From positions 32,001 to 96,000 of the forward strand of contig CAVSZB010000002.1 of NCBI GenBank assembly GCA_963732385.1: DNA of 64,000 bases. Reading direction: 5' to 3'. The translations under genes and the position numbers were made by a program. Positions 56,149 through 64,000 of this stretch are shown here, piece by piece (position 1 is the first letter of the stretch; each line of letters starts with the position of its first letter). This stretch comes from an uncultured bacterium (GTDB lineage: Bacteria > Krumholzibacteriota > Krumholzibacteriia > LZORAL124-64-63). The notes beneath the pieces are model-generated. The model had not been told where the DNA came from and did not search any database. It saw nothing but the letters and a program-made list of their open reading frames with translations.

Positions 56149-58386
56149 ATGAACCAACGCCAGCCGATGACCACGAGACTGGGCCAGATTGCCCTGGGGG
56201 CCGCGCTTGCTGCCGGCTCCCTGCCCGCCCAGGCCGCAATCGACGAAATCCTCGTTACCGCCCAGCGGCGTGAACAGAACCTGCAGGTCGTACCGCTGGC
56301 AGTCAGCGCCTTCGACATCAACCAGATCAGAACCCGGCAGATCGACACCGTAAAGGATATCGGCCGGAACGTCCCGAACCTGCAGACCTATACGGTGACG
56401 GCCGGCGCACAGGCCATACAGGTGCACTCGCGCGGTGCCAGCGTGCAGAACCCGGGCTTCAATCTTTCCGAATCGCCGGTCGGCATCTACATCGATGACG
56501 TTTATTTCGGTCGACTCGCAAGCGTGAACCTCGACCTGTCGGATGTGGAACGCATCGAGGTACTGCGCGGTCCACAGGGCACGTTGTACGGTCGCAACAC
56601 GATCGCCGGTGCCGTCAAGATCATCACGCGCACGCCGGGCGACGAGAGCTGGGCAACCGGATCAGTGGGCATCGGCAACTATGAAACCACCAAGATTGCC
56701 GGCTCCTTCGGCGGTCCGATCGAGGAAGGCGCCTTGGCTGCCTCGATCTCCGCAGTCTACGACAATCGCGATGAAGGCTGGCAGAACAACCCGATCACCG
56801 GTGCTGATCCCGGCGAGTACAAGAACAAGGCAGCGCGTGCAAAATTGCACTGGTATGGCACCCGGAATTTCGATGCGGTGCTGACCGCATGGGTTGTCGA
56901 CCTCGAGAACGATGGTTACAACGGCGTTCCCTATGCACCCTTTGCCAATGCAGGCACGAACGCCAATTTCGATCCGGCTCCTCCAGGCGGACCATTGGAC
57001 GGCTTTTATGCCAACTTCGATCCACCAGGTGTGAACTACGGCAGTTCGGATCAGGCCGGGACCAACCTCGCGCTGAGCTTCGAGTTTGGCGGCGTCACCC
57101 TGAAGTCCATCACGGGCTACGCAAACATCGATGACCAGTTCGGCTTTGATCTGGCCGGTGGCGGCAACCAGGGCGTGGCCGGCGCCACCGGCCTGCTGAT
57201 CACCTCCGACTCGACCCTCGACCAGTTCAGCCAGGAGTTCCAGCTGCTGGGACGGCTCGGCGACAGTTTCGACTGGCAGCTCGGCCTGTTCTACCTGAAC
57301 GAGGATGGCTCACAGTCATTTGCGGGTGACGCCGGTGCCTTTGTCGGCAATTTTGCCGAGCAGATCGAGAACGAGACAGACAGCTACGCGGTGTTTGCCG
57401 AGGGCACATACAAGTTCACCGATGCGCTCTCGCTTACCGGCGGCCTGCGCTGGACCCAGGACGAAAAAGAGTACAGTGACACCTGCCTGAGCACGCCGTC
57501 GGTGCTGAACCTGCTGGCCTGCCAGCCGGCCAGCGGCGCCACGGTGGATCTGGACGATGACTGGGACGAACTCACCGGCAAGCTGTCCCTCAACTACCAG
57601 CTCAACGACGACCAGCTGGTCTACCTGGGTTTCTCCCAGGGCTACCAGTCGGGCGGATACCGCACGCTGTGCTTCGGCAACCTCACCGCGGCCTGTGGTG
57701 GCACGCCGTTCGACCCGCAGACTGTCGACAGCATCGAGGCCGGCTGGAAGGCCGAGCTTTTCGACAACCGTCTGCGCCTCAACGCGGTGGCGTTCTACGC
57801 CATGTATGAAGATATCCAGCAGGTCGTCACGAACTTTGCCGGCGGTTTTCCGATCGACAACATCGGTGATGTGGATGTCTATGGCCTTGAACTCGAGATC
57901 CTCTGGGCGCCGATCGATGACCTGAACGTCTACGCCAACCTCGGCATCCAGGAAAGCGACTTCGGTTCGGTGAGCCCGCTGTCACCGCCGGGTGGCCTGG
58001 GTGACTCCTGCGTGGACGACCCGACGCCCCCCTGCGCAACACCGACCGACGAACTGCCCTCCAACCCGAAATGGCAGGGCAAGATCGGCTTTGACTACAC
58101 CATTCCGCTGGAGAACAGCCTCGCCTTCTTCTACGGCCTGGACATCTACCATTCAGACGACTACTACAGCGAGGCCCGCAACCTCATCGAGATCGAAAGC
58201 TATACGCGGCTGAATGGCTTCATCGGCTTTGGTGCCGACGACCAGCACTGGCAGGTCATCCTGAGTGGCAAGAACATCACCGACGAAGAAGACAACGTGT
58301 CGGGCATCTTCGCCAACAACTTCACCAATATCCGTACGCCGCTGCCACCGGCCGAGTACATGCTGAGCTTCAAGGTCAACTACTGA
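56149..58386 (+). CDS. TonB-dependent receptor
   Basis: Signal peptide, DEILVTAQRREQ, IEVLRGPQGTLYGRNTIAG, C-terminal SFKVNY. Confidence 0.95.
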   Translation: MNQRQPMTTRLGQIALGAALAAGSLPAQAAIDEILVTAQRREQNLQVVPLAVSAFDINQIRTRQIDTVKDIGRNVPNLQTYTVTAGAQAIQVHSRGASVQNPGFNLSESPVGIYIDDVYFGRLASVNLDLSDVERIEVLRGPQGTLYGRNTIAGAVKIITRTPGDESWATGSVGIGNYETTKIAGSFGGPIEEGALAASISAVYDNRDEGWQNNPITGADPGEYKNKAARAKLHWYGTRNFDAVLTAWVVDLENDGYNGVPYAPFANAGTNANFDPAPPGGPLDGFYANFDPPGVNYGSSDQAGTNLALSFEFGGVTLKSITGYANIDDQFGFDLAGGGNQGVAGATGLLITSDSTLDQFSQEFQLLGRLGDSFDWQLGLFYLNEDGSQSFAGDAGAFVGNFAEQIENETDSYAVFAEGTYKFTDALSLTGGLRWTQDEKEYSDTCLSTPSVLNLLACQPASGATVDLDDDWDELTGKLSLNYQLNDDQLVYLGFSQGYQSGGYRTLCFGNLTAACGGTPFDPQTVDSIEAGWKAELFDNRLRLNAVAFYAMYEDIQQVVTNFAGGFPIDNIGDVDVYGLELEILWAPIDDLNVYANLGIQESDFGSVSPLSPPGGLGDSCVDDPTPPCATPTDELPSNPKWQGKIGFDYTIPLENSLAFFYGLDIYHSDDYYSEARNLIEIESYTRLNGFIGFGADDQHWQVILSGKNITDEEDNVSGIFANNFTNIRTPLPPAEYMLSFKVNY

Positions 58387-58431
58387 GATTTAGCACGGCG
58401 ACGGCTGTCACCGGCCGGAAATGAAAGGGTG

Positions 58432-58468
58432 AAAGGGGTCAGAGCCACAGGCTCTGGCCCCTTTTTTT
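58432..58468 (+). terminator. Rho-independent terminator
   Basis: AAAGGGGTCAGAGCC-ACA-GGCTCTGGCCCCTTTTTTT. Confidence 0.88.
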
Positions 58469-58554
58469 CAGCGCAGTTTCGGCAGCACCTGCTCGGCCCT
58501 GCCGCCAATGGCTGGCTGTTCTGGGATCTGGCACGGCCGGTGCAGTAAGCCGGT

Positions 58555-59622
58555 TCAGAACCGTCCGCTCGCTCCGCCACCACCGAACTCGCCGCCCTGC
58601 CCCTGAACCCCGACTGGTGGCGGCGTGCTCGGCGCCGGCGCGAGATGCGCCGTGCCAACCACCTGCACCAAATCCAGCCCGGCGGGCTCCTCGATGGCCG
58701 CCGACGTGATGCCCTGCGTTCGCCGGTGCAGCTGACGGTCCAGCACGATCGCCGCTGCGAGCAACACCGCTCCGCCCGCTACCATTTGCCAGTGCGTGGG
58801 CCAGGGCAGCAGGCGGTGCAGCGAATACGCCGCGCAGACCATGTTGCCCAGCGCGCCGATCAGCGGCGCATGCTGGCGGCGTATCACGCCCACGGTGATG
58901 TTGGCGGCGAGAAAACCCAGCGCCACGGCCAGCGCGATGCCGTGCGTGATGGCGGTTCCGCTGCCGCTGTACTCCACCAGCCAGCCATAGCCGAGCCATG
59001 GCATCACGATCACGAACCCGTCGAGCATGCGGTCATGGAAGGGACGCTGGTACTCACGGCTGCCTGCTGCCAGTGCCGCGATCGCGAGCAAGGCGCAGGC
59101 CACTCCGGCCCAGAGGGTGTTCATGTTGACGCCGACCAGGCGGCCATCGACGAAGGCGATGGCCAGCGAGAAACCGATCGCAGCGAGCGTGGTCAGCAGC
59201 GGATTGAGCAACCGCCATCCCGCAAGCAGCACAGCCGTGGAAATGAGCGCAGCCCCGATCCACTCGTTGCCGCCACGGGAGTTCCAGATGAGCACCTGCA
59301 CGACAATGGCGATGGCGCCGCAGAGATACAGGGCTTCCTCCACGCCGGAGCGAAGTACGCGGCGCTGTGCCACCATCCATTCGGCCGCCACCACCAGCAT
59401 CACGCCACCCACCAGCCATGGCGCTGGCGCCTGTGACAGCACGCCGGCGAACATGGCCGTACCCACGATGCCCAGCACGAACCCGAGGCAGCGCGCCAGC
59501 CATGTGCCGGTCTTCCATCCGCCACCATTGCCGGACTGGGCCACCGCCCCATGCAGGGCAGCGTATCGATCAGCCAGCACCAGCCAGCGTTCCTCACTGA
59601 TGGTGGGACGGGCAAACATCAT
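58555..59622 (-). CDS. Multi-pass membrane protein
   Basis: Many TMs; SGVEEAL; C-terminal GQGGEFGGGGASGRF; ATGA overlap with the upstream gene. Confidence 0.8.
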   Translation of the reverse strand: MMFARPTISEERWLVLADRYAALHGAVAQSGNGGGWKTGTWLARCLGFVLGIVGTAMFAGVLSQAPAPWLVGGVMLVVAAEWMVAQRRVLRSGVEEALYLCGAIAIVVQVLIWNSRGGNEWIGAALISTAVLLAGWRLLNPLLTTLAAIGFSLAIAFVDGRLVGVNMNTLWAGVACALLAIAALAAGSREYQRPFHDRMLDGFVIVMPWLGYGWLVEYSGSGTAITHGIALAVALGFLAANITVGVIRRQHAPLIGALGNMVCAAYSLHRLLPWPTHWQMVAGGAVLLAAAIVLDRQLHRRTQGITSAAIEEPAGLDLVQVVGTAHLAPAPSTPPPVGVQGQGGEFGGGGASGRF

Positions 59623-60569
59623 GCTGCCGACTCCTTGAGTCGTGCGCGCAGATTCAGGAGCAACGCCATTGCACCGGCCACCGTGAACAGGCCCAGCCAC
59701 GAGACCAGCACCGAGTCGCGCACCACCAGCACCTCCAGCCAGATCAACCCGATGGTGCTGTAGCCCACGGCATAGAGCAGAAAGCTCTGGCGTCTCTCAC
59801 GCAGGCCAAATCGCCCGACGATCGCCGCAAGGGCCAACAGCAGCAGCGCACCGATCCAGCGCGTGGCGTCGTCACCACCCAGCGCCAGGGCGCCCCAGAA
59901 GCCGAAGTTGGCGGCAAACTGCAGGTAGACGTCGCGAAAACCACCGCCCGCTTCCTGACCCTCGACCGGGTGGTACCGACTACCGAGAAAGAACACCAGC
60001 GCGCAGAACAGGCTGCGCGGGCCTGCGCCGAAGTAGGGATACAACGGATCCACCACCGTACCGAGTCGCGTCTCCACGCCAACCCACGCCGCGAAGGCCG
60101 TCAGCGCAACCGACAACACCAGGCGCGAGAGGAAATAGTAGGCCGTGGCGACATGCCACACGGCTAGCAGCAGCAGATGCCGCGACCAGCTGGCGCCAAA
60201 TACATGGAACTGCACTTCGACGTAAACCACGCTGACACTGAACAGCAGCGCGCCGAGCAGCAGAACGTAGTCCTCACCCAGCGAACGCTCCCGGCCCGCC
60301 ATCCGGGCACGCAGCGCAACGGCGTAACACAGGGCCGATGCCACGAGGATGCCGGTGAGCAGGGCCATCGGACCAATTCGATCGAGGTTGGCCTTGACCA
60401 GCAGGCCAACACCGCCGACCAACGTGGCCACGCCCAAGTACAGCGCGACCAGCAGTTCGCGTCGCACCGAAAACACCTCACGCTGCTCGAGCCGCAACGC
60501 GGTGGCACGCGCGTCATCCGCAACGGCGTCCGCTGGAAGCGCACTAACCTCGGCAGAGAGATCGTGCAT
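59619..60569 (-). CDS. DUF2157-like multi-pass membrane protein
   Basis: FSVRRELLVALYLGV, DYVLLLGALL, YFLSRLVLS; many TMs. Confidence 0.78.
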   Translation of the reverse strand: MHDLSAEVSALPADAVADDARATALRLEQREVFSVRRELLVALYLGVATLVGGVGLLVKANLDRIGPMALLTGILVASALCYAVALRARMAGRERSLGEDYVLLLGALLFSVSVVYVEVQFHVFGASWSRHLLLLAVWHVATAYYFLSRLVLSVALTAFAAWVGVETRLGTVVDPLYPYFGAGPRSLFCALVFFLGSRYHPVEGQEAGGGFRDVYLQFAANFGFWGALALGGDDATRWIGALLLLALAAIVGRFGLRERRQSFLLYAVGYSTIGLIWLEVLVVRDSVLVSWLGLFTVAGAMALLLNLRARLKESAA

Positions 60570-60603
60570 CAGGAACGCTCCGCCGTCGCCTTGCGCCAGT
60601 ACT

Positions 60604-61878
60604 TCAATCGAACCGCCGAGTCCGTCGAGATCGCCGCCATAATGGTATGAACGCGCTCGCCAGCAACACGAGAGTCCAAGGATCAACGCCACCACCACCA
60701 CCGCCGCCACCACTGCCGGCACTCGCCTGTGAGACCGTATATGGGATTCGAACGATAACTTCCTCGTCCCCGTCCAGGAGCACCTTTACGGTGACCACGT
60801 TGTTCGAGATTCCTGAGGGCCCCAGGTAAATTCCGCGGACTCGGCGGCCATTGATCTGAGTTGCAGTATTCATGACCTCCTGTCGCTGGTCGCCAGATTG
60901 AACATACAGTCCCGAGTACCCCACAAATGCCAGATCGCCGTCCTCCGAGACGGCCACGGAGGCAAAGTCGTCAAAAGGTCGTGCTCCGCCACTGCCCCTC
61001 TCCGTTCCCTCGACAACGAGACGAATCTGCCCGCTTTTCCAGACATACAGGGAGTCGGGCAGGCCGACAGGTTTGCCGATAAAGGCCACGTCTCCTCCCC
61101 CGCCGTGGCTGTGAATCCGGTTGGGGGTTAGCTCTTCTAGTTGGCCATTGGGAAGTGGCGTTCCCGGGGTTGCAATGACGGAGAGCGCTCCAGCGTCGCT
61201 CACGACCAGGCTTGTGGTCGAACTGCCGGGAAGGCCCATACTTGTAATAAAGCTGACCTCAGTTCCGTCGGTGGATGCACGATGGAATCCACCGATAGTC
61301 CCGCCGCCCGGTGCCGGATCACCACGTAAAGCAATGGCGCCTGATGGTACCGGTGTGAGCCGTACAATGTATCCTTCGTCGATGCTCTGAACAAATAGTC
61401 CACTTCCTCTTGCCGCCACATAGCTGAGCGGCAAAATCTCCGCAAGCTCAGGCAAGGGAGCAGAGCTGTCGACCACTGTCGTCAGGTTTCCGCCGCTAAA
61501 CCGATAGACACCCGAGAATTGCGAGGTGCCGGCAAGGCTTGCGGGGAACAGAACAGCACCGTTGGCTACAACTGGAAGTCCGAAATCGGCAAAGTTCGAG
61601 TTACTACCCGGTGCTGGATCGGTATCGTCAGCGACGGCCTGGAGGTTTCCGGACTCCCAGAGATAGACACCTCTGTCGAAGGCGTTATTGCTTCCAACGA
61701 ACGCAATGGTCCCATTTTCTATGGACGGTTCGGTGAGGTAGCGGAACGTTCCCATCCCACCAGGGATGGCAGTGCTGGCACCAACGATGCCTTCAACCGT
61801 GGCGGTGATCGCAGCGCCCGCTGCCCCCCATGAAAGACTGAGTCCAAGAACAGCAGCTACTCGTCCGAAGTTCGCCAT
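60604..61878 (-). CDS. Secreted repeat (beta-propeller-like) protein with GlyGly-CTERM sorting signal
   Basis: Signal peptide; GxxAF-type repeats (NGTIAF, GDVAF, GDLAF); C-terminal GGGGGGGG-VDPWTLVLLASAFIPLW-RRSRR. Confidence 0.75.
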   Translation of the reverse strand: MANFGRVAAVLGLSLSWGAAGAAITATVEGIVGASTAIPGGMGTFRYLTEPSIENGTIAFVGSNNAFDRGVYLWESGNLQAVADDTDPAPGSNSNFADFGLPVVANGAVLFPASLAGTSQFSGVYRFSGGNLTTVVDSSAPLPELAEILPLSYVAARGSGLFVQSIDEGYIVRLTPVPSGAIALRGDPAPGGGTIGGFHRASTDGTEVSFITSMGLPGSSTTSLVVSDAGALSVIATPGTPLPNGQLEELTPNRIHSHGGGGDVAFIGKPVGLPDSLYVWKSGQIRLVVEGTERGSGGARPFDDFASVAVSEDGDLAFVGYSGLYVQSGDQRQEVMNTATQINGRRVRGIYLGPSGISNNVVTVKVLLDGDEEVIVRIPYTVSQASAGSGGGGGGGGVDPWTLVLLASAFIPLWRRSRRTRRFD

Positions 61879-62030
61879 GCTCCTTTCCTTCACATACCTG
61901 TCGCGGAAGATATGCAGGGAGTTTATAGCATCCGGGGAGAGGCGCTCGGCGCGAGTAAGTCCTGCGCACGCAGGCGCTGACGAACTGCTGGTCAGCGAAT
62001 CTCCCCGCTACGCCAACGAGAAAATAGATC

Positions 62031-63107
62031 TCAGCGCAACTTCGGCAGCACCTGCTCCGCAAACACCCGCGCCTGTGCCACCAACCCGGCCTGGCGCTCG
62101 CCATGCGGTGCGGCCACGGGCGATCCGCCCAGCACGTTGACGTGATCCAGCCCGAGGGCGATCAGCTGCTGCAGGCGCTCCAGGCACTTGGAAGCCGGAC
62201 CGCAGATGGAAAACCAGTCGACAAAGGCATCGTCGACCATGCCGAGGTGTTTGCCGTCGTGCTGCGCGTGGCGGGCCATGTCGTAACCGGACTTCATCTG
62301 TTCGGCCAGCCCCTTGAGTTGTGGCGGCAGGTGTTCGGTCGGTGAATTCCGCATGCCGGCGAAATGCGCGACCATGCCGGAAATCATCCGGCCCAGGTCG
62401 ATCGCGCGCTGCTCGTCCGGATCGCAGACCAGGTTGACGAAAGCACCCACGCTCAACGACGCGCGGTCGCGTCCGGTCTCGGCCAGACGCGCCTGCAGGA
62501 TGTCCAGTGCCCAGCTGATGCGCTCGGGCGCACTGCCCACGGCAAAGCTCACGCGGTCGGCGATATCTGCGGCCATGCGGATGGTGGCCGGTCCGGTGCA
62601 GGCAAGATCGATCGGCACCGTGGGGAAGTCGCCAGGCTGTATCCAGCGCATGCGTGAACTGGTCTCGCCGCGCATCACCTCGTCACCGCGCAGATAGCCG
62701 CGCAGCTGCTCGATATAGCTGCGCAGTTCTGCCGTCGTGGCATTGCGTCGGCCGATATGCGCGGCCGAGGAATCGCCCCGGCCGATGCCACAGCGTGCCC
62801 GGCCACCCGACTCGATCTGCAGGGTCGCCAGCGCACCGGCAGTGACCGATGAATCACGCGTCAGGGGGTTGGTCACCCCGGTGCCCAGGAACAGCCGCGT
62901 GGTGCGCGCCGCTGCCAGGCTGAGCTGACCATAGGGATCAGGGCTGAGGCACTGCGTATCGGGGCACAGCAGCGCATCGAAGCCCATCGCTTCGATCTCG
63001 GCGGCGAGTCTCGCGGTGTAGCCCGCCGAGGGCTCCATCACCATACCGACTTCAAGCGGCCTCATTGGCTGCAGTCCGTCAATGCGGCTTGACTCATCCG
63101 TTGCCAC
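62031..63107 (-). CDS. LLM class flavin-dependent oxidoreductase (start 63107 or 63065)
   Basis: PDTQ, LGTGVTNPLTR, SGGR..CGIGRGDS, ACTGP. Confidence 0.88.
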   Translation of the reverse strand: MATDESSRIDGLQPMRPLEVGMVMEPSAGYTARLAAEIEAMGFDALLCPDTQCLSPDPYGQLSLAAARTTRLFLGTGVTNPLTRDSSVTAGALATLQIESGGRARCGIGRGDSSAAHIGRRNATTAELRSYIEQLRGYLRGDEVMRGETSSRMRWIQPGDFPTVPIDLACTGPATIRMAADIADRVSFAVGSAPERISWALDILQARLAETGRDRASLSVGAFVNLVCDPDEQRAIDLGRMISGMVAHFAGMRNSPTEHLPPQLKGLAEQMKSGYDMARHAQHDGKHLGMVDDAFVDWFSICGPASKCLERLQQLIALGLDHVNVLGGSPVAAPHGERQAGLVAQARVFAEQVLPKLR

Positions 63108-64000
63108 CGGGTCGCGGACCGGTGCTGCCGATCACGTTCTTGGCCAGCGCCACCATCGAGGCCAGGTCACTGAGGTTGGCAGGCACCACCAGCGTATTGC
63201 CGGCCTTGGCGAGATTGCCGAACTGGAGCAGATAGCTCTCCGCAACCCGCAACTGCATGGCTTCGGCACCACCCGGTTCACGCAGACTGATGGCCACCTG
63301 GCGCAGACCTTCGGCAGTTGCCGTTGCCACGGCGAGAATCGCCGCTGCCTCGCCATCGGCCTCGTTGATCTGCCGTTGCTTGGCCGCCTCGGAGGCCTTG
63401 ATCACGCGCTGCTTGTCGCCCTCGGCCTCGTTGATCTTCGCATCGCGCTCGCCTTCGGAGGTCAGCACCACGGCGCGCTTTTCGCGCTCGGCGCGCATCT
63501 GCTTTTCCATCGCCGAGAGAACGTCACGCGGCGGATTGATGTTCTTGATCTCGTAGCGCATCACCTTGACGCCCCAGGGCTCCGAGGCCTTGTCGAGCTC
63601 GGCAACCACGTTGGCGTTGATGGCCGCCCGCACCTCGAAGGTCCGATCCAGGTCGATCTTGCCGATCTCGCTGCGCAGTGCGGTCTGCGCCAGCTGGATG
63701 ATGGCGAAGATGTAATCCGTGATGCCGTAGGAGGTGAGCTGTGGATCAAGCACCCGCAGATACAGCACACCGTCGATGCCCACCTGCACGTTGTCGCGCG
63801 TGATGCAGGTCTGCTCCGGGATATCGATGGCCTGTTCCTTCAGCGAATGCCGGTAAGCAACGACCTCGACGAAAGGCACCAGGATATGGAACCCGGCCGA
63901 CAGCGTGCGGCTGTACTTGCCGAGATACTCGACCACATAGGCGCTCTGCTGTGGTACCACGACGGCGGTCTTGAGCAAAACGACGATCGCCAGAATGGCG
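63094..64000 (-). CDS. SPFH/band 7 (paraslipin-like) protein, 5'-truncated by the window edge
   Basis: VPQQSAYVVE, CITRDNV, LRSEIGK, WGVKVMRYEIKNI, MEKQMRAEREKRA. Confidence 0.93.
   Translation of the reverse strand, partial: AILAIVVLLKTAVVVPQQSAYVVEYLGKYSRTLSAGFHILVPFVEVVAYRHSLKEQAIDIPEQTCITRDNVQVGIDGVLYLRVLDPQLTSYGITDYIFAIIQLAQTALRSEIGKIDLDRTFEVRAAINANVVAELDKASEPWGVKVMRYEIKNINPPRDVLSAMEKQMRAEREKRAVVLTSEGERDAKINEAEGDKQRVIKASEAAKQRQINEADGEAAAILAVATATAEGLRQVAISLREPGGAEAMQLRVAESYLLQFGNLAKAGNTLVVPANLSDLASMVALAKNVIGSTGPRPGGNG

Overview
GC-rich chromosomal window, probably from a gammaproteobacterium (inferred from gene content and style only), with about 60 genes. I found no rRNA, tRNA, CRISPR array, integrase or transposase. 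Main blocks: (1) 3' part of a TonB-dependent receptor; (2) a tightly coupled ten-gene minus-strand operon (13092->1696) encoding two lipoproteins, a membrane Ser/Thr kinase-like protein, an FHA-PEGA-FGE/SUMF1 protein, a small membrane protein, a MotA/TolQ/ExbB channel, an Hsp70/actin-like-FHA protein, two ExbD-like-TM/vWA proteins and PhhB, which is the best candidate for an uncharacterised envelope motor or signalling machine; (3) acyl-CoA genes; (4) an HMG-CoA reductase-mevalonate kinase fusion with idi, a NOL/NYC1-like SDR and an ABC exporter; (5) three type II toxin-antitoxin pairs with visible operator-like repeats; (6) crtY-crtI-crtB; (7) housekeeping genes (Hsp20, Cys/Met PLP lyase, acyl-CoA dehydrogenase, typA, NlpC/P60 with an out-of-frame start, GS-like, purU, DAHP synthase); (8) an 11-gene uptake and catabolism cluster for an unknown substrate (TonB receptor, isochorismatase-family and PuuE-like hydrolases, bicupin, MFS, Rieske oxygenase, two apparently exported SDRs, beta-propeller); (9) membrane proteins, a GlyGly-CTERM protein, an LLM oxidoreductase and a partial SPFH gene. 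Four GTAG-type REP clusters supply the TAG stop codons of five genes. All family calls come from reading motifs by eye; no database search was run.
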